Positions 12,651 to 26,797 of a stretch of 64,000 nucleotides of DNA are shown piece after piece. The DNA comes from Vicugna vicugna (taxonomy: Eukaryota), in NCBI GenBank assembly GCA_013265495.1, contig MU058824.1, positions 5,785,245 through 5,849,244 on the forward strand, in the 5' to 3' direction. A program made the position numbers and the translations under genes. Positions within the stretch are counted from its first letter, which is position 1, and each line of letters opens with the position of its first letter. The notes beneath the pieces were generated by a model. That model was not told where the DNA came from and did no database searches. It was given only the letters and a program-made list of their open reading frames with translations.

Positions 12651-15600
12651 TAATATTACTTTTTTTCTAGATGCACTGAGAATTGGCCTTTTCGCCATTT
12701 GGAAATAGCTCAGCTCAACCTCATTTTTATCCATCCAGGGTCAAAATACAGTCATTTAGCATATATGACTATTGATAACTAGTAACTATAAAGGCAGTGT
12801 GGAGTCACGTGATGGAGATCCCATGATTCTTATTATCAAATAAATATTAAGTTTCTAACATATTCTAGGCACTTATAAAAGAGATAGCGTATGTGGAATT
12901 TGCTTGCTTTTATCAAGGGCCAAATCTAAAAGGCTTTATCTAGCTTCCTTAATAGTGCACTCAAACAGTTCCTGGAATGGGAAGAATTCAATTCCTTCTT
13001 AAAAGACTTATTCTCTGTATGCAATTATATCTCTAGAATGTTTCAACAATACGAAGGGAAAATGAAAGTAAACAACAAAGTAGAAACGAAGAATGAGGAT
13101 TAGAGATTTCAACCTTGGAATAAAATCTGAAAAATATGAGGGCACAGCATAGCGAACACCAGAAGTAACTTTGAGGGTCTGAATTAATATAGAGATGGCT
13201 TTAGAGAACAAATATTTATTTCAAATAATAATACTATCGTTGGTCTTGGTAATTTAGCCAAAAGAGTGCTGAGGAAACACAACAAAAACCCTTGGCTCTG
13301 TTAGTTAGGCAATCCAGGGCAAGTCAGTTAGGTTGTTGGGGGTAGAGAAAATTAAGTACCTCTGTTGTAAACGGTGGGGATCTATATTAGATGACTTTCT
13401 AAGAGTCTTTAAAGGATCTGCAGCTCTACCCTTTGTGAGAGGTATCATGTAGTAAATTATACAAAGCAATATCCCTGAATAAAGCCAGCCGTTGCTCATC
13501 TTTCCTTCTTCCTTTCTGAGTTGCCCGACCAACACATCTTCACTTTATATATGCCATGTATTTCCTTCAATGCCATCTACCTGAACCAAACTGGAAATCT
13601 GTAATGTCTCTTCTCTTTCACTTAAATACTCTAACATCTTTCCAAATAGTAGTTAAAGGGTTGTCTTTGAGCCTGACTAACTTTTTCAGTAGATTTTTGC
13701 AGTTTGCTTATGTTTGTGCTCTTTTTCCAGTTCCTGGAAGATATAACTTAGAGTTCTTAAAAAGTCATTAGAGTCATGTTTTAAATCTAAATATCTTTAA
13801 CACATTTGTTGATTGGAAAAATGTTCCAAAGACTAGCTCCATGCTGCACGAATTCAAACCTTGTTTCTCCTCCACTAGGGCACATCAGGCATGGTAAGAT
13901 GCATTAATAGTGTTTCTGGCCTGTACTTTCATGATTCCAGGTCAAGTGACTAAATATAGTGGGTGGGACACTGGTCTCAGAAGCCATTTCTAAGCTCAGA
14001 GAGTAGCATTAACTTAACTATACCCAGAGTTGACCATATCTCACATAATATATCCAACTAAACCCCAAAAATGTCTCCCAAATATAACTTTCACTCAGCC
14101 ATAATTCAAATGTGCTCATGGATGCTCTAATATCATCCAACAAGGGGGAAATGTGAGGGAGGGAAAAATAAGAGTGGAAAGAGACAGTAGTCTTAAGCAA
14201 TTATAGTTAAAATATCTTCCCTCACAAAAATTTAAAAATTTAAAAAATAAATGAGAATGTGAACACATTGAATCTTTCTGGGTAAGGTGCTTATGCAAGA
14301 GGGAACTTGAAACTTCGGTGTTATTATTCCCTATAAATCTACCTCTGTAACTTTCAGATCATTTAAATCACATTAGAGGAAGCAAGCATGAGCTCAAGTG
14401 GGTGGGAGACACTTATTGCCCAATTCCATTAAGAGATTTTTATCTGAAAAAATGGCAGCCTTAACTCTGAGTTCTCAAAAAGTGAAAGTATTTTTAGCAT
14501 GAGTAAGATGACTATGTGCACCATGGTCTCCATGCAAACATTTTCAAGTACAGCTAAATACTGCCATGTAATTTTTTTCCAACTTCAGTATAATATAGAG
14601 CATATCTTAATGTTAAAGCAGCCACTTTTAAAATTTGCATTCTCTAATATATCCTTGGAGTCCCAGTCACCAACTCTGTCTATGTGGTATCTTTTTGTAA
14701 CGTCAGTCACAGTTGACACAAAGGGTTATGTCTTTGTAAAATTATTCCCACAATTTAACTGCTATTACTTACCAAAAACTATTTGTCAACAGTGTGAAAG
14801 TGCTTCCCCTTGGCCAGGTTAATTTAAAATAGTGTTGTGGTTTGGGAAAAAAAGTAAGTTTCCATGAGATTTTCCTTATCACAGTTTCCCATCTGGCTTG
14901 CAGTTATAAACATTTAATCCAGTGTTTGCTGCCAATGTTTCCCAGAAAGCCTTATAATTGCTTGGAATTTGTATGAGCAGTTCCAGTCTGGTGCACAATT
15001 AGGGATGCACTATAAAATTTTCATTGCTCGATTTAGTTGAAATTATAAGATGGAAAGGGAACAGTAACACCCATAGTTGTAGACTATAAAAATGACTACT
15101 AGTATTTGCAAATAATAATCCCAATAGATAAAAATTTTGATTTGTAGTTACAAGCCCCAAAGAAATCTCAATCTGAGCACAGACCTAGCATATTTAATGA
15201 GAAACTTCGTATGTGAAAAAGGGGACTTAAAGTTTGAAAATTCACAGAATGCAAGAGGAAAAGAGGGAAGCAGGACTCACCATCCTGTTTTTTCTCAAGT
15301 AAAAAGCCCCTAGTACAAATACTCATGGACTCCTATAAGAAGCCAACCTTTTTTCTGCTCCTCCATATCTAAGGAAACAGAGGTAAATAAATAGTGACAA
15401 AAGGCAATTGGTATCAATGTCTTGCCAAAATTTGGCAGATTAATCCAACTTGCATTCTTCATTTCTGAAATAAGCTAATTGTGCAAAACCTTTCTAAAGG
15501 ACTTCTTGTCATGCTGTGGACTATAATTTCCAATGCTTCTACATTTCTCGGGGCTCCAACATTGCTCTGCCACTGGCCATGCCATTAGAGGATATCCATT

Positions 15601-15972
15601 AAGTTAAGTGAATGGTAGTTGGTCTGTGCCAGTTAGTATCTGTGAGTGTTTGTATGTGCCAACATCTAATTGAAAAGTACACGGTCCCACACTTGCACTT
15701 CAAATGTTTCAGCTCTGTGGGCATATAAAATTAAAAGAATAACACTGCTGGGCTCTTGGCCTAAAAATACATGAGTGGAGAAGCCAGGTGAAATGTAGAT
15801 AATCCAAATGGTGGTAAACTGGGATTTCTGAAACCTTCTCACTATGGGAATCTTGCTGTGAGTGGACCAATGAGTGAAATGAGAAAATGCATTAGAAGTT
15901 AAGAGTCTATTGGGCTAGAAAAACCATGTTGCAGCAACTCAATATTAGATTCAGAAGCGTGAAGTGTGACTG

Positions 15973-16047
15973 ACCTACCTACCTACCTATCAACCGATCA
16001 TCTCATCTATCTACCTACCTACCAGCCTACCTACCTACCTACTTACT
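15973..16047. repeat. Imperfect (CTAC)n/(CTAT)n tetranucleotide microsatellite
   Basis: cctacctacctacctatc...tctatctacctacctacc...cctacctacctacctacttacta read directly. Confidence 0.9.
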
Positions 16048-18049
16048 ATATAGGGAGATGTTTAGTGACTATACCAGCCTGTCCACAGGTGAGTGGACAC
16101 AGAGGAGACACACTGGCCTGTCAAATAAATGAAGAGTTCTAGCTTGAGATGACTCTGAGTTTGTAATGAAACTTAGAGGAATAGAGGAGTCATATTTTGA
16201 CCTAAGAAGTCATTCAACCCCCTAGTTCCAAAGCCCTAAAGATTAAGGAGGCGGAAAATGTTTCCTGAACTGTGTGCAAAGTTTAAATGCTACTGTTTAC
16301 ATGTTTTTGACATTTCTGACCCACCAATTATGACCCTATGGCTACGTTTTCCATGGATATTTGTGCACCTCCCAGGCCCACTCCTGGTGTATGTCAACAT
16401 GGATGATGATATTTTACACCATCTTACTGCTGGAATACAAACGGCATATTCTAAGAAAATTCTACCCTGATTCTAGGGATTATGGCCTGAACAACGTGAC
16501 CTTCTCTCAGTGAATTTAGGCAATAAAGAAAGGCACATAGCAGATTCCCACAATCTGGAAGCTACTATTGAGCTCCTGGTTGATTTTAAACAATCCACAG
16601 GCAACAATTTGTGTTCTTGTAGGCCTCAGAGTCTTCATCAGAAAATTGGGCCTAACTGCTCTAGGCAACCATATAGATTATCTGACAGTATAATTAGATA
16701 ACGACTTTTCTTTCCTAGTACTTTTCTCTCTCCAGATTATATAGGGGAGTACATAGATAGCATATTTCTTTTTTGTTTGTTTTAAATTTAACCTCTTGTT
16801 CTGATGTCAGACAATTCTGTCAGCAATGTATAGCTGTCAGACCACGAGTCTATTAGAGTCTCTTTTTGTCAAAGGTAAAATAAGAATAACAGTAATTATA
16901 ATGAAGAGTTATTATAACTATTAAATGAGATTTCATGTGTGTGTATACTTTAAGTACTTTAAATATGTACTTTATATACATACATACTTTACACATATAA
17001 TTTATACCCATATACATATTTTGTACAGTTAGGTAGCATGCTGCTTAATGAACAGTAATTGTGGATTTTCTTATATGAATAATATTGTAAACATTCAAGG
17101 TAGCAATATTTTCAAAGAAACTACATATTCTTGAGTGGTTCAGGAAATAAAATATTTCTCATATTTGAAAAGAAGTTTATGATTTGCCATATATTGTCCA
17201 GAAAGCTATAGACACATCAAAAATTTGGCTCACATCAAAAGTTTAAAATCTTGGAAAATAGTGTCACCTACTTTGCAAATTACTGGATCAGAAATCTGCA
17301 GATAATTTCTTATCTTCTTTTCACCCTTGAAAACAGACTCAAAAAGCCTTAAACTTGCTACTCCCCAAGTGAGGCAAGTGTGGCTACCATCAGAGGTATA
17401 GGCCTCACACCAAGAGAGTAGCTGCACAATTCCAAATTTCCTTCCCATTTCCTCGCCTTCTTGTGAAGCCACTGGACTGCCAGTTAGTAAGAAAGTTAAA
17501 GTATAAGAAACCACAAAAATGCCTCAATCCCATTCACTTGAAACTGACAGATGAGGATAACCACAGACTAAGGACAACACTTTGAAGTTTCTCAAGTCAA
17601 AACTTGTCTGTAGAAAGGACTGATTGTGAAGGTATTCTAAACATTTCCTCTCAAGTTTCCTCTTTGAAGGAAAAGAAACTGTATCTAGGCTGTGGCTTCG
17701 GAAAGCCCAAGAGTTTTCTTACATTGCAACAAACTTCATCAAGAGTGTTTCTGAAATCTGGATATCTCTATTGCAAGGTGGCATGTGTGACTTTAAATGT
17801 GAGGTGTATCCAGTGTTAGACTAATTTGGTCATTAATTCTGCCTCTTTGAAAATGGAGGAGAAGGGTCTAAAGTAACAGCACAGTATCTGTCCCCTAGAG
17901 AAAAAATACTGCCTGTACAACTGCCTCATAGAAGCTTCCTATTAGCACTTGTGAATTCACTGCCCTGGGGAATAACGTAATCACTGAAAATATTTTGTAG
18001 TGACACTGCTGAGGTATCCTGGGAACTGTTACTGGGTCCCCTCCAGTCT

Positions 18050-18230
18050 GCTCTTGATCTCTATTACCAATTTCTGACCTTCAGCAGACCACTTAACCTT
18101 CCTGTAATCCAGTTTTCTCAAGCATAGAACAGGCCCCATAATATTTGTAACTTAATTCCCCAAATGGAATGTTACAGGGATGAATGAAGCAATGTTTCTA
18201 AGATGCTTGGAGGTCTAGGGTGAAAGTGCG
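18050..18230 (+). mobile_element. MIR SINE
   Basis: tgaccttcagcagaccacttaaccttcctgtaatccagttttctcaagcatagaa core. Confidence 0.65.
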
Positions 18231-19369
18231 CTAAAATGGAGCACAAAGCTAAGTCCTGATCTGCCTTGCATATAGCTGCACATGGATACTAAGTTTCATG
18301 ATTTGGACCCAGTGTAGACAGCATCTGAACATCAACCAATTTCAGCTCCTAAAGACTGTTCAGGCTGGCAAATCAATTTAAATGCACAGGGTCACTGCAA
18401 CTTACTATTTCAGTCTGTGCTCTTCATTCATAGCCTAAGCTGTCTTTAATAGTTCAGATTACTCCTACCACCCCTGCATCCCTCTGCCATATGTTGTCAC
18501 TCACTTTTAAAATACCAAGCATGCTTTCCTTTTCATTTGTTACATTTTGCACCATTTTTTATACAGTTGACCCCTAATATTAAAAAAATTAAATGCTCTT
18601 AAGTGCATGCACCTTTAACTGTCACTCTAAAATGTAAACTTAAAAGCAAGAATGAGGGAAATCAATGGGATTAAAAAGTATTTAAGGTCGATACTATTTA
18701 ACCCACATTATATTAGTTTGATCCTTAGAAGAAATGTTGATGACAATCACTAGATCAAGTTAGGAAGTTACTTTAATGCCAACACCTATTTATAGGCTTT
18801 TGGGATAAAGGTATATTCATTGGCTTCCTGTTTTAGTAACATTCTGAGAGTTCTACTTGAAATCTCCTCTTTAACCAAAAGTAATCATGGTGCCTTCCTT
18901 TAGTAGATACCTTTGTCTCCCTCTTGCCTGCTAGCGTCCCAACACAAGCACAGAGATAGGCTCATGGAAATAGTTGCAAGACAGAGACAGGTTATTGAAA
19001 TTAAACACACAGAGGTCCATGTAAGAGGTAGATGCCAGGAAGTATCATGGGTGGTAGGGCCTCCTTTACTGAATTTCTCACTGTCTTTAAAATTCCCAGA
19101 TTACTCATTCCCTTAGGTAAGAAACTGAAGATTATCAAGGTGCAAATATTTATAAATGTGTCAATACTCTTATCTCAGAGTTTAAGAGGATGAGAAATGA
19201 TCTAGGTCAGTTTTAATAAAGGGGAACAGGAGAGATGTCTGTAATGGGATGATACTAAGGTGGGAATGTCAGAGGGTGGGGGTGTGTGTGTGTGTCTGTG
19301 TGTGTAGGGGTAGAGGGGATTTCTAGGAAATTAATAACAAGACAGCACTGGGTACACAGAAATGATAAT

Positions 19370-19797
19370 GGAAACTCAAAGGCAAATTGGAGAGTTTCAA
19401 CACCATGGTGACACAGCTCAATATTGTATCACATGCACAGGTTAAGGGAGTACAAATATTCTGTGCATTAAAGAGATAACTCAAAAGGATCCTAATAGTT
19501 TTATTCAAATATTCGGAGGGATCCTCTGGACGAGAGATTAGCATTGTTTCACAGGGTTACAGGAAGCAAAGCCAGGACCAATAGTTGAGTTCTACTTACT
19601 GTGATTGATTTCTTTTTTCAATAGAATTTTCCAATGGCTTCCTGTCTCAGAAGGGAGGGGGAATTCCTATCACTGGAATGTTTAACTTGAGACTAGATGC
19701 TGATTGATGTGGATGCTACTGGGGAAATAGTAGCACTACAGATGTTGAGTTGGACCAAAAAAATGTGACACTTTTTTATTCTGTATTATTTTATGAC
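19370..19797 (+). mobile_element. CR1/L3 LINE 3' end
   Basis: aattcctatcactggaatgtttaacttgagactagatg...gttggacca...ttctgtattattttatga resembles the L3 3' terminus. Confidence 0.6.
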
Positions 19798-19854
19798 TTG
19801 AACAACTTTTTGATGGCCAACTTAGCCCATGTATACTTATGTTGGAAGATGAAC

Positions 19855-20080
19855 GGGAAATAGCATTTATTGCTCATCTATCAAGAGCTGTATAGTCTAT
19901 GTGTTACCTCATTTAGATATCTCAGTTCTGTGAGGCACTTATCTTCATTTATCAGATGAAGAAACAGCTTTGGAGATATTAAATAAATTAATTAGGCCAT
20001 ATACCTTGCTAGTAGATGTCAGACCCAGGATTTGAAACTATGTCTTTTCAGCCTCAAAGTCCATGATCTTTTCACTAAGT
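19855..20080 (-). mobile_element. MIR SINE
   Basis: catttatcagatgaagaaacagc...gacccaggatttgaaact is the reverse MIR core. Confidence 0.75.
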
Positions 20081-21227
20081 CATCCCACCAGTCAGGGGAA
20101 CTGAACTCCGCCCTAGACTTATGGTGCAGTGACTCAACGCATGTCCATAATTTCCAAGCACTGTTGGTGCAGAGTAACCCTTTTAGGGGAGGAGGCTATG
20201 CGTAAAAGATATTGAGCACAGGCTACGGGTCTTTGGGAGACTCTGCTCTGCGGTAGCCTGGAATTTTTCAGTTACCAAATCACTAAGTTGAGTGCTTCTT
20301 ATAGCTACTGAATCAAAAAACAGAAGTGCAAATGAACATTTTCAACCTGGTTCAACATTTTTCAGTCAGGTGCTGACCCAAGGAAGCAAGGATAAGAGAT
20401 AACTATAAGAAATATCTTGAAATCTCCCAAGATGGAAAAGAGACTGAGGGCCTTAAAAGATATGAATGTTTCCTCATTGGTAATAGCTCTACCACTATTA
20501 AAAATGAGCACATTCATTCCTAAGATATTTATTGCCTTCTGTTAGAAAATTAGAATAAATATATTAATCTAAGGTGACTGCAAACATGAATGTCATCATA
20601 TAGTTTTGTGCAATGTATAATGATGAGGACCAGAAAGTTGCTCTGGACCTGCTCTAACAATGTTCAAAACAAAGACTTGAAAGGATCCAAGTAACTTGAT
20701 TTCATGCCAGAACAAAATCCAATATGACTTAAAAGAAAGCACCCAAATTTAGCAAAGAGCAATGAAAAGTTCACAGTATCTGGCATTCAATCAAGAATCA
20801 TGCATTTCTCAATGGAGGAAAATTGATACAAAACCAGGAGACAAAAAAAAAAATCAAACAATAGAAACAAACATTAAAAAGGAAGTAAGTAGAAGTCAAA
20901 GACATTAAAATAGCTACAATAAATACATTCAATGTGTTTAAGAAAATAGATGAAAAAAGTGAGCATTGTGAAATAGAAAATACTTGACATTTGGGGGGAA
21001 AAATCCACTGGATGGGGTTAAAAGTAGATTGGACATTGTAAAGTAAAAGATCGTGAACTTCAAGATATAAAAATGAAATGAAGTACAAAAAAAGTGCAAA
21101 AAAGGAAAAAGAAGAGTATTAGTAACCTGAGAGAGTATCAAGTAGTCTAACATTTATATAATTGGAGTATCAGAAGGAGGAGAGAGGCAGAAAAAATACT
21201 GAAAAAATAATGGCCAAACTTTTTCAA

Positions 21228-21655
21228 GTGTTCCGTCCTTCAAATTCATGTCCACCCAGAACCTGTGAATGTGACCTAATTTGGAAATACAGTCTTGACA
21301 GATGTAAACAAATTAAGATGAAGTCATACTGTTTTAGGATGTATCCTAATCCTTGACTATGTCCTTATACAAAGGGGGAAGTTTGCACACAGATGCAGGT
21401 GTGAAGGCTACGTGAAGATGGAGGCAGAGACTACAGTGATTATCTAAGGTGAGAAACATTAAAGCTTTCTGGTAACCACCAGAACCTAGAAGAGCCAAGA
21501 AAGGAATCTTCTGTAGCCTTTGAAGGGAGTATGGCCCTGCCAACACCTTGATTTTGGGCTTCTAGGCTCCATAACTGTGAAAGACTAAATTTCTGCAGTT
21601 TTAAGCCATGCTCATTGTGGTAATTTGTTAAGGTAGCCCTAGGAAACTAATATAC
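21228..21655 (+). mobile_element. MaLR LTR (MLT1C/B-like) nested in L1M
   Basis: tgtccacccagaacctgtgaatgtgacc...tggccctgccaacaccttgattttgggcttct...gccctaggaaactaatata. Confidence 0.85.
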
Positions 21656-21744
21656 CCAAAGACCCTAGAATCTCAGTGAACTCCAAGGAGAATAAAGAAT
21701 AAAAAAAAATGCTGAGGGCTGTCATAAGTATTAAAAAAATAATT

Positions 21745-22625
21745 GGCGTATGCTAAAGGGACACAGGAGTCAATCTGAAAAAGCTCCCAATAGCAAGAGC
21801 TGGAATGATTTGAGTTACAAAATGAATGTTGTAGTTTTGAATTATAACCCAAACTAAATTAAATATCCATGAATCCATATTTATATAAATACATGATTGG
21901 ATAAATAAATGTAACAGAATAGCAAATATCTTGTACAGAAGAATTCCAAATAATCTATGTAGCTGCTGCCCCCTCCAGGGGGTGGCATTTAATTATCCAC
22001 CCCTTAAGTATTGGCTATGCTTAGTGACTTGCTTCTAAAGAGTACAGTTTGGAAAAGAGAGAAAGGAGTAATTTCATAGCAGAGAAATCAGGCAAATATT
22101 ACTTCGGTGGGGTGATCAAGGTTAACATCATTAGGGATAAGTCATGTTCACAGCAGGTACCTTGGGTAAGATGTGATAACAGTGGCATGTACCTCATTTG
22201 TCTTCCCCTCAAAAAACCGTAGCCCCATAACCATAATAATAAACTCATCAGACAAACCCAAATTGAGGAACATTCCACAAAAGATCCTGACCAGTAAGTA
22301 CTACTTAAGGTAACTAAAAACAAGGAAAGTTTAAGAAATTGCTATAATCCAGGGGAAGCTAAGAAGTCATGATGACTATACATAAGGTACTATTGTGGAT
22401 AGATTATGGAAAATAAGACATTAGGGGAAAACTAATGAAACCTGAATAAGTGTAAAGTTTAGTTAATAGTTATGAATCAATATGGGTTCATTAGTGTGAC
22501 AAATGTACCATAGTAATGTTAACAGTAAAGCAAAACTAGGTGTAAGATGCACAAGAAGAACTCTGTACTATCTCTGTAACTATTCTGTAAATCTAAAATG
22601 AGTTTTTAAAAAGTTAATTTTAAAA
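21745..22625 (+). mobile_element. L1MC3/4-like 3' UTR nested in the older L1M
   Basis: gctaaagggacacaggagtcaatctgaaaagctcccaat...ggttcattagtgtgacaaatgtacca...aactctgtactatct. Confidence 0.75.
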
Positions 22626-24379
22626 AGTAGCTGAAAAAAGACATTCACACAGACGAACAAAAACAAGAATAACAGCAGATTTTTATTAGAAATCATGCAA
22701 GCCAAAAGACAGTATAGTGAAATCTAAGCACTGAAGGAAAAAACAGTCAATCTAAAATTCTTTACCCAGTGAAAACATCTTCAGAACTGAGGTCAAAATA
22801 CAACTGTTTCAGACAAACAAATCTGAAAGAATTCATCATTCTATCTACAGTACAAAAAATGTTAACAATATTTTTTTAGACAGAAGAAAATTATATCATA
22901 TCAGAATTTAGATCTACATAAAGAAATAAACAGTGCCCCATATGGTAAATTTGTGAATAAGTGTAAGTGAAATTTGTTCTCATTTTACTATCTTTAAAAG
23001 TTAATAGTTGTTTAAATCAAGAATAATAACACTGGATTGTGGGGTTTAGAATACATGTAGACATAAAATGTATACTCATAACACAAATGGTGGAGGGATT
23101 GAAAGTTTATTGTTACAGGTTTCTGACATTATATGTGAAGCAGTTTGAAGGTAGGTTATGATAAATTAAAGATGGGTATTTTAAACCCTAAAACAACCCA
23201 TACTAAAAACAAAACAAAATTAAAAACAATAGCAACAATAAAACCCAAAGAGATATAACTCAAGAGTAGAGATAAAATGGAATCATCAATGAAAAATATC
23301 AACTAATCCAAAATGAGTCAAAAAGAAGATCAAAAGTAATAAAGACCAGTTAAGAATAGAAGACAAAAAGAAAAAAGGTAGTATTATATCAATCCATATC
23401 AATAATTAAATAGTTTAAAACTTCATTAGAAGACAAAAACTGTCATATTGAATAAAACACAATACCACTACATGCTATCTAAAAGATACCCATTTTAAAT
23501 ATAAAGACAGATAGGTTCAAAGAGATAGGATGGGAAAAGATATTTCATGCAAACACTAATTGAAAGAAAGATTAACTGACTTTATATATATTAATATCAA
23601 AGAACACTTTAGAGCAAGGAAAATGACTAGATTTATAGGAATACTGCATAAATATGGAAGGATAAATTCATCAAGAGAACCTAATAATTTCTCAAAATAC
23701 ATGAAGCAAAAGATGAGAATTGAAAGGATAAATATACAAACCCACAATAATAGCTGGAGATGTCAATGCTCCTCTCACATAACTGATAGAACAAGGAGAC
23801 ATAAAATTAGTATGGAAGACTTGAAGAACTATGTAAGCTACTTGACTTAATGAAACATTTACTGAACACTTCATTAACAGCAGAGTACCCATGGAACCAA
23901 CTAATCAAGTTGATTGTGAGTCGTAAAATAAGTCTCAATAAATTTAAGAGAATTGAAGTCATACAATGTATATTATCTGTCTACAGTAAATTATAGAAAT
24001 CAACAACAGAAAGACATTTGGAAAACCCCAAAATATTTGGAAACTAAGTATAGTTTTCTGTAAGTCATGGGTCATGAAAAAAATCAAAAGGGAAGTTCAA
24101 AAGGATTTTGAACTGAATGAAAATGAAATCATATATATCAAAATTTTTAAGATGCAGCTAAAGTAGTGCCTAAAGGGACAGTTATAACGTTAAGTGTTTA
24201 TATCAGTTTAAAAAAAAAAAGGAAGTTTTCAAGTCAATAATAAAAGCTTCCATTTTGAGAAACATAAAAAAGATGAGGAAATTAAATTAAAAGTAAGCAA
24301 ACAGAAAAAATTAATGAAGACTGTAAATCAATTAAACAGGAAATACCAAGTGGGTAACCCAGGAAATCACCCAAAGCTC

Positions 24380-25200
24380 TAGCCGTGGGAAGATTTTCTC
24401 TCACCACTGTCTTTCAGGGTCACTCCTGAATGGGGCTAGAGTGCAGCAGTTGTTCATTTTCATTAGGTAAAACCACTCATCTGAGAACCAAATTTGACTA
24501 TTTTCCTTTTCGACCAACTATAACAGAAGAGACCCTCCCCTAATGTGGTCATAGACGTGAGCTGACAGAGGCAGTAATAAAACTGGCGTATTACATAGGA
24601 TTATAAAGCACCTACTCACATGGCTTACTTAGGCCCTTCAGCCCTACTGCTACCCAGTCCCAGGTACAATATTGTTTTACAAAGATTTGCTGCTGATCAT
24701 GCCTAATACTATACATTTATTAGTCTGATAAAATTTAGCTCATGATGAGCAGTTTTAGCCACAATTTCACTTGGTCAGAGGCTCCATTTCTACTGCACAC
24801 TAAAAGGTGTGTTTCGAATTAGGCATGATTCTCAGCTGCATATGATGTGGCCTTGTTCCAGACCTCTAGCTGTCTATGTTATGATTCTTCCACTGAGACT
24901 AGCCATAAACTCCACATAGCTTCTTTTTCTACCATAAATACTTCTAATTCCAAAGGATTTACCAGATCCTGTGGCCTAAGAGGCAGGGCTGCTGTTATCC
25001 AGATGGACTGACTGCAAACCCCTTTTCTACTCTGAGTCCCACTCAAAATTGGCAGTACTTCATGTCACCCACTATATGAGTCAAAGCCATATTGCAAAAT
25101 GTAAAATATTCTGCTTCCAGAACCAGAAGAGGTCTACCAGAGATTCTGCTTCCCTGTTACTAGTACACGATGTAATAATTTATCCTTTCCAATGAAGAAA
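24380..25200 (-). mobile_element. ERVL internal pol (RT/RNase H connection) relic
   Basis: Minus strand translates roughly as EAESLVDLFWFWKQNILHF...ANFEWDSE*KRGLQ, matching ERVL pol EAQRLVGLFGFWRQHIPHL...ASFEWGPEQEKALQ with stops. ERVL-like sequence appears to resume after 25820. Confidence 0.8.
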
Positions 25201-25211
25201 GAGTTCCAGCA

Positions 25212-25819
25212 TATGATATATGTTGCTTGTGTTCCAACTGTTTTGCCGACAGGCCATTCCTCTGTCTCTGTCCCTCTCCTCAGGCCTCCCCATACCCTGA
25301 GACACAACAGTATTGCACTTAGGCCAATTAATAACCCTACAGTGGCCTCTAAGTATTCAAGTGAAAGGAAGAGTCATACATCTCTCATTTTAAATCAAAA
25401 GCTAGAAATTAAGCTTAATGAGGAAGGCATATATAAAGCCATGATAGGCCGAAATCTAGACCTCTTGAGCCAAAGAATTAGCCAAGTTGTGAATGCAAAG
25501 AAAAAGTTCTTGAAGGAAATTCAAAGTGTAACTCCATTGAACACACAAACAGTAAGAAGGCATAACAGCTTTATTGCTGATATGGAGATAGTTTTAGTGG
25601 TCTGGCTAGAAGATCAAACCAACCACAACAATCCCTTAAACCAAAGCCTAATTCAGAGGTCCTAACTCTTTTTAGTTCTGTGAAGGCTGAGAGAGATGAA
25701 GAAGCTGCAGCAGAAAAGTCTGAAGCTGGCAGAGGTTAGTTCATAAGGTTTAAGTAAAGAAATTGTCTCTCTAACATAAAAAGTGCAAGGTGAAGCAGCA
25801 AATACTAACATAGAAGCTG
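25212..25819 (+). mobile_element. Tigger1 (TcMar-Tigger) internal fragment, transposase N-terminus pseudogene
   Basis: ORF 25192-25665 has ASKYSSERKSHTSLILNQKLEIKLNEEG...SQVVNAKKKFLKEI...VVWLEDQTNHNNPLNQSLIQ. The start ATG reads GTG and there is a frameshift near 25660. Confidence 0.93.
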
Positions 25820-26797
25820 GTCCTAAAGAGGGTATTTGGGCAGGCCACCACAGCACCCACCAGGACATTCAAACTCCTTGAAATGCCCCAGGCACAGAAC
25901 CATAGGTATAAGACCTTAATTCTGAAAAAAAAAGTCAAGAAATTACTGCCAAATTGAAACCCATAAGATTGATATATGTCAGTAAATCGAGCATCTGGTC
26001 AGTGAGGTGAGAGTTAAATTGTCAGTTAACATTAAATTAAAATGAAATCAAAATCAGAGGTACAGATTACCAGAGGTAGCCCTTGAATCACAAACTGGCA
26101 TTATTCTACTGAAATGAAAGCTATTTCTTTTCTCTAGCCATCTATTTGAGGCTCCATCTCCTGAACATAATCTGTTTCTTCTGGATGCTGAAGTATGCTG
26201 TGAAAAATGGGACCATATTAACATAATAAATCCTGTTTTACAGCTTTAGCTCTGCCTATTTTTTGTTTTGTTTTTGTCTTTGAGCCCCCGGAAATGGTCT
26301 TGCAGTTATTTCTGGACGGTTCCAGAAGTGTTTTGTAAAGAAATATAGTTGATGTTCTTGCTTTATTTCCTAGTGCTTCCCGGTGTGGTCTAGGGCTAAG
26401 CTGCCCCAATGCTTGTAAAAACCAGTTAAGTATCTTGTCACTGATTCAGGGGCCCACTATTCCACTACTGTGCAGCCCCTGCTGGTCCACTGCCCCTACA
26501 GGGTATCGATGATCCATGAATCAGAGATGGCAGTCCAGCCTGTGGAGGTCTTCAGGTTTCTAACTACATTCCCTGAAGAAGTAGAAACATATTTCCCCAC
26601 TCTGTGCCCCTCCCTCAACATGACTGGAATGAAAGCAGTATTACTTTTGAATCCATGCATCTCAGAGTGCAGTGCTTTGTCTTTCCTTTCTTCCTACTAT
26701 CATTTACAACCACCGAGGGGTGACTCATAGTGACTTAAAAAAGGAATAAGCTCTAAGATCAATTCTTGTCTTCTCTCATCTTTTCTCTATCTCTATG

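Larger units (their letters stand above)
20600..24345 (+). mobile_element. Ancient L1M element (ORF1 to ORF2 endonuclease region) with nested insertions
   Basis: A-rich L1 sense strand. ORF 23560-23850 contains SKYMKQK...ITDRTRRHKIS.EDLKN, a decayed ORF2 endonuclease segment. Confidence 0.85.

Noticed and set aside
25192..25665. 157-aa ORF as a domesticated TIGD1-like gene
   Set aside because: The native ATG is mutated, there is a frameshift near 25660, and the catalytic domain is absent. It is a transposon relic.
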